From the NCBI GenBank assembly GCA_951406725.2, contig OX597819.1:131750001-131814000 (forward strand): a stretch of DNA of 64,000 nucleotides. The letters are read 5' to 3'. This document shows positions 60,057 to 64,000 of the stretch, in pieces; position 1 is the stretch's first letter; each line of letters opens with the position of its first letter. The DNA comes from Octopus vulgaris. Lineage: Eukaryota. The position numbers were made by a program, and so were the translations under genes. The notes under the pieces were generated by a model. That model was given only the letters and a program-made list of their open reading frames with translations. It searched no databases and was not told where the DNA came from.

Positions 60057-62319
60057 AGAGATGGCAGGAAAAGCAAAAGTAATGAAACAATACAAAATTA
60101 ATCTCTTTTTTTTACCTGCAATGTTTCTATATTATTAATTTAATCTCAATGAACAGAAAGAATTATTATTGTTGTTGTTATTATTATTCTTCTTCTTCTT
60201 CTTATTATTATTATGCAACTAGACCTTACAAACTAATGAATCTTTTCAAATAAGAAACAAAAAAAACTAGGTTAATTATCTCTATTCTTATTCACTTCAT
60301 TAAGAATTCTCAGTATCATTAAAAATGCCTTACTTTATACAGCAATTATTAATAATTGCCCAGACATAATTAGGCTAACAATTCTCATAGAAAAAAAAAA
60401 AAGACATCTAAAATAGTTTCGCCATTCAACACTGTGAGGTGGAAGAGTATAAAACAACGAAACAGAAACATCGAGGTGGAGTCGGTTTCAGATATCATGA
60501 AAGCCATTGGTCTTTCAATAGTCTCAGCCGTGTTTCAACTAATAATTTATGGCAAAAGGCAGACAAAGACCAAACCTCTGCTATTTGGTACTCCCATGGT
60601 CTGGCACATTTTAAATTTGTAGCCAGTGCTTTGTTGATCGGCCACCAATGGAGCCCTTCTTCTGTTGGTAATACTAAATTTTGTTAACAGTAAAATGTCT
60701 TTTTGGTGATGCAGTCCTGCCCATTTCTGATATTTAGTCCTTCAAGATGCCATCCAAGAGATTAAGATGGTACAAATATTGGTACCAGTGCTAATAAGCA
60801 TAAATCATTATCTATACTTGAAAATATGGAATTGAAGAAATTAGAGAAAAATGTTAGGTAAGTCTTTGCCTAAACTGTGGCACTGGATCGTCAACTGTGA
60901 CCAGCTTCAAGAAAGATTTTCAGATTTTCCTGAAAATGAAAATCAAAAAAGTTTGAAGGCTTGGAAAACATTGAAAGGTTCCAAGAGTACTCTTGTAGAG
61001 TAGCTTAAGTTAAGAGACATCAAAGGTATGAACATTTCCAAGAGCAAGACAGAGTTCTCCATAGAGAACTAAACTATAAAACAGTGTGACTAATAACAAG
61101 GTTGTTTGTACATGAGGAAACATGGAATTTTGGTAAATAATACATGGGTAAATATCTTAAAGTAGACATGGAAACTGCAACAAAGTTTGTGGAGGAATTT
61201 GTATAGTTTGTGACAATCTTAACTCCAGAACCAGCATAAAATAAGAAATTTGGCTTATTTTGGTGTCGTATGACAGGCCTTCTTCCAAAGTGTAAAATGT
61301 TTTGAATATTCGATAATTGTTTGGCAAAACTTTTAATAAAAGAATGGTTTTTGCTCTGTTAACTTCCTATTCAGTCCATCCTTTCAATTCAGAACTGTAA
61401 CCAAGACATATTAGATTCACAGAATGGAGTTGTAGTAGAGAGGAGAATGACTTTATGCCAGGTGCTGAGAGGCCAAAGTATAACAGAGGGACAAGCACAT
61501 CATCATCATCATCATCATCATCATCATTCAATGCGTGCTGTCCATGCTGGCATGGGTTGGATGGTTTGATCAGGGCTGGCAAGTTGAAGGGCTGCACCAG
61601 GCTCCAGTCTGATTTGGCATGGTTTCTATGGCTGAATGCCCTTCCTAACACCAACCACTCCGAGAGTGAAATGGGTGCTTTTACGAGCCACTGGCTTCGG
61701 TGTCGGGGGCCTCCATAAGGTCCAATGCTTGAAAGGTGCTTTTTATGTGCCACTGGCACAGATACCAGTTGTGTGACACCAGCATTGGCTACGACTATGA
61801 TTTCATCTTGGTTTGACAGGTCATAGGAGACATGTGGTTACTGCCCTTCTACATTATATAAGGGTGGACAGGAGTGGCTGGAAAAAAGGTGGTGGTGACA
61901 AGGTGTCAAAGTGTCAGCTCAAAATACAAGGAAGACTGTGGAGAGAGGAATGGGGAGGGCGGGTGGATGAGTTCATAAGATTGGGAGAGGAGAGTGAGAA
62001 ATGTTTCGAGATGGGTGTAGAGAGGAATGTAGAGAATGGAACAAAGATGGAAGTGTGAGAAGGAGGGAGAGGAAAGAAATGGGAATGGCTCAGTAAATAT
62101 AAACTTGGGAAACCCTGATGAGATTTATTAATTGTCAGTTTACCAAGTTCTAAACATCTTTCAAATTGAAACAGTTGAAGGTTCAATGCCCAATAAATGG
62201 CAACAATTTGGTTAGATGGATACAGGAATGGCTGCGTGGTTAAGAAGTTTGCTTCCCAAACATAGAGTTTCAGATTCAATCCTACTTTTGGTGTCTTCTG
62301 ACACACACACACACACAAT

Positions 62320-62700
62320 TACCAAAGCTGCAAACCAAGCACTTACAGTGTTATCCAAGACTGCAAAATACTTCAGCTGCTGAGCCCAATAAGGGATCCT
62401 CAAGCGGATCCCTTATTGAAATATTTCTGATATATCTCTGATGCTGCTACTATGGCTCATTCACAACCACGCTACATCCCGTACTACAACCGCTCACTCA
62501 CACAGACACTGCTTTCCCTTCTTTTTCCTATAAACAGCTTCTGCTCTTCTCAACTCACAGGTCATACTCTCACTCAATGCCTCCATCTCTTCGAGTTGAA
62601 CTTCCTGGAATCTCCATACCAACCCACAATTTTCCAACAGAAGTTCAAACTGAACATCAACCACATGTATCTCATCCACATGTCACACAGGATACGCTCC
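62320..62700 (+). mobile_element. Highly decayed LINE 3' fragment
   Basis: Degenerate RT C-terminal-like sequence ending QQKFKLNINHM. Confidence 0.45.
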
Positions 62701-64000
62701 TCCTCTTAACAAAATTTGGATTTCAAATATTGACACAAGGTCGGAGGTTTTAAAGAAGTGAGTTACTTGATCACATTAACCCTAGTCCCTGACTCACATG
62801 TGGCCAATGCCAGCGCCATCTGACTGGCACCCATGCTGGTGGCACCTAAAAAGCACCATTCAAGCATTGGGCCTCATGAAGACAGTGATGGGTGACCAAG
62901 GCCTATGGTGATATATTGTGCTTGTGTTGATCTGTCAAGTCAAGTGAGACGATTGTCATGGCCAATGCTGGTATCAGGTCAATGGCACCCATGCCAGTAG
63001 CATGCAAAAACCACCCACTACACCTTCAGAGTGGTTGACATTAGGAAGGGCATCCAGTTGTAGAAACCTTGCCAAATCAGATCGGAACCTGGTGCAACTC
63101 CCTGGTTTACCAGTTTTCAGTCAAACTGTCCAACCCATGTCAGCATGGAAAACGGATGTTAAATGATGATGATGAAGACCTCCAAAATGACGAAAGGCAA
63201 AGCTGACCTTGGTGGGATTTGAACTCAGAATGTGAAGAGTCACAACAAATTTAATAAAGCATTTGTTAAAACACTAACAATTCTGCCAGCCAAATATAAA
63301 AAAAAAACATTTATTAACTGAGTATTTCTAATTTCCTACTTAACTCTTTTTGTTACCATTTCTATTGAAGAACGCTGCCTTTGTTTCAATTCATTTTGAG
63401 ATTAATGATTAAATTTGGTAAAATAATTTTGTCATTAATAAACTGGTGTTTGGAACATAAATGAACATGGAATATTGATGGAATGGTTTCGTTTAGATCT
63501 CTTTAAAACAAAAAGCTTGCATTGCAGAACCAGGGATGGTCTCAGGTGGATTGGTATCAGAAGGGCATATCAGCTGGGAACTGCTTCATTTTACTTGGAG
63601 AAAATTTTGTTTTGTTTTCTTCTTTCAAACATCATCCAATAATTATAGAGAACCATTGATTAGTTCATTGGAAGCCTATTTATATTCTTGAAAATGAAAA
63701 AACATTTTAAAGAATTATAGAAAATAATTTGTAGAGTAGGGAGAACAACAATTTCAAAAAACATTTTTTTTTTAATTTTAAACAATTGCAATATACACTC
63801 TTCAAATAGTTTCTCAGCAAAATTTCACTTGAATCTACTTTTTAAGAAGCCAATCAAGGTCAGGGGTACCAAACTATAGTTATACAATTCATTCTCATCG
63901 GTCACCACCTTCACCATCTTCTTTCAACTCTCCACTAATTTTTCTAACAAACATATTCTAAATTCTTCAAATTCAATTTTTTACAGAGAATTCAATTTTC

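Noticed and set aside
919-62709. The remaining short six-frame ORFs
   Set aside because: They overlap microsatellites, SINEs or AT-rich intron, with low-complexity translations and no splice or homology support.

Overview
AT-rich, repeat-dense eukaryotic DNA. The SINE, RTE-tail and microsatellite content looks like an octopus (coleoid cephalopod) genome; this is an inference from repeat families. The window is almost entirely intronic sequence of one minus-strand protein-coding gene, and the six-frame ORFs are mostly spurious. Two ordinary coding exons (54086-54197 and 45454-45573) splice in frame to ETRKLKFWYVDGTEYLEQVTRAYDFFKELIRPDDFPR-DYVGFIKKCMKQMQGPIYTQIRRVELSMQQLDQSEAPLSP. They are followed by an array of 16 candidate microexons of 27-39 nt spread over about 42 kb (43036 down to 1386). 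Every microexon is a multiple of 3, phase 1-1, ends in G, has a GTANGT donor (13 of 16 are GTAGGT) and is stop-free. They largely alternate between acidic/Val-rich (EEVVSDID..) and Pro-rich (EDLPPP..) modules, partly from tandem duplication of an exon pair. Eight carry a GCAUG (Rbfox-type) motif at intron +22 to +32. This looks like a combinatorially spliced, tunable disordered linker. The introns also hold a decayed full-length mariner, TTAA MITEs, several SINE families, LINE fragments, two fold-back structures and a 27-bp minisatellite.
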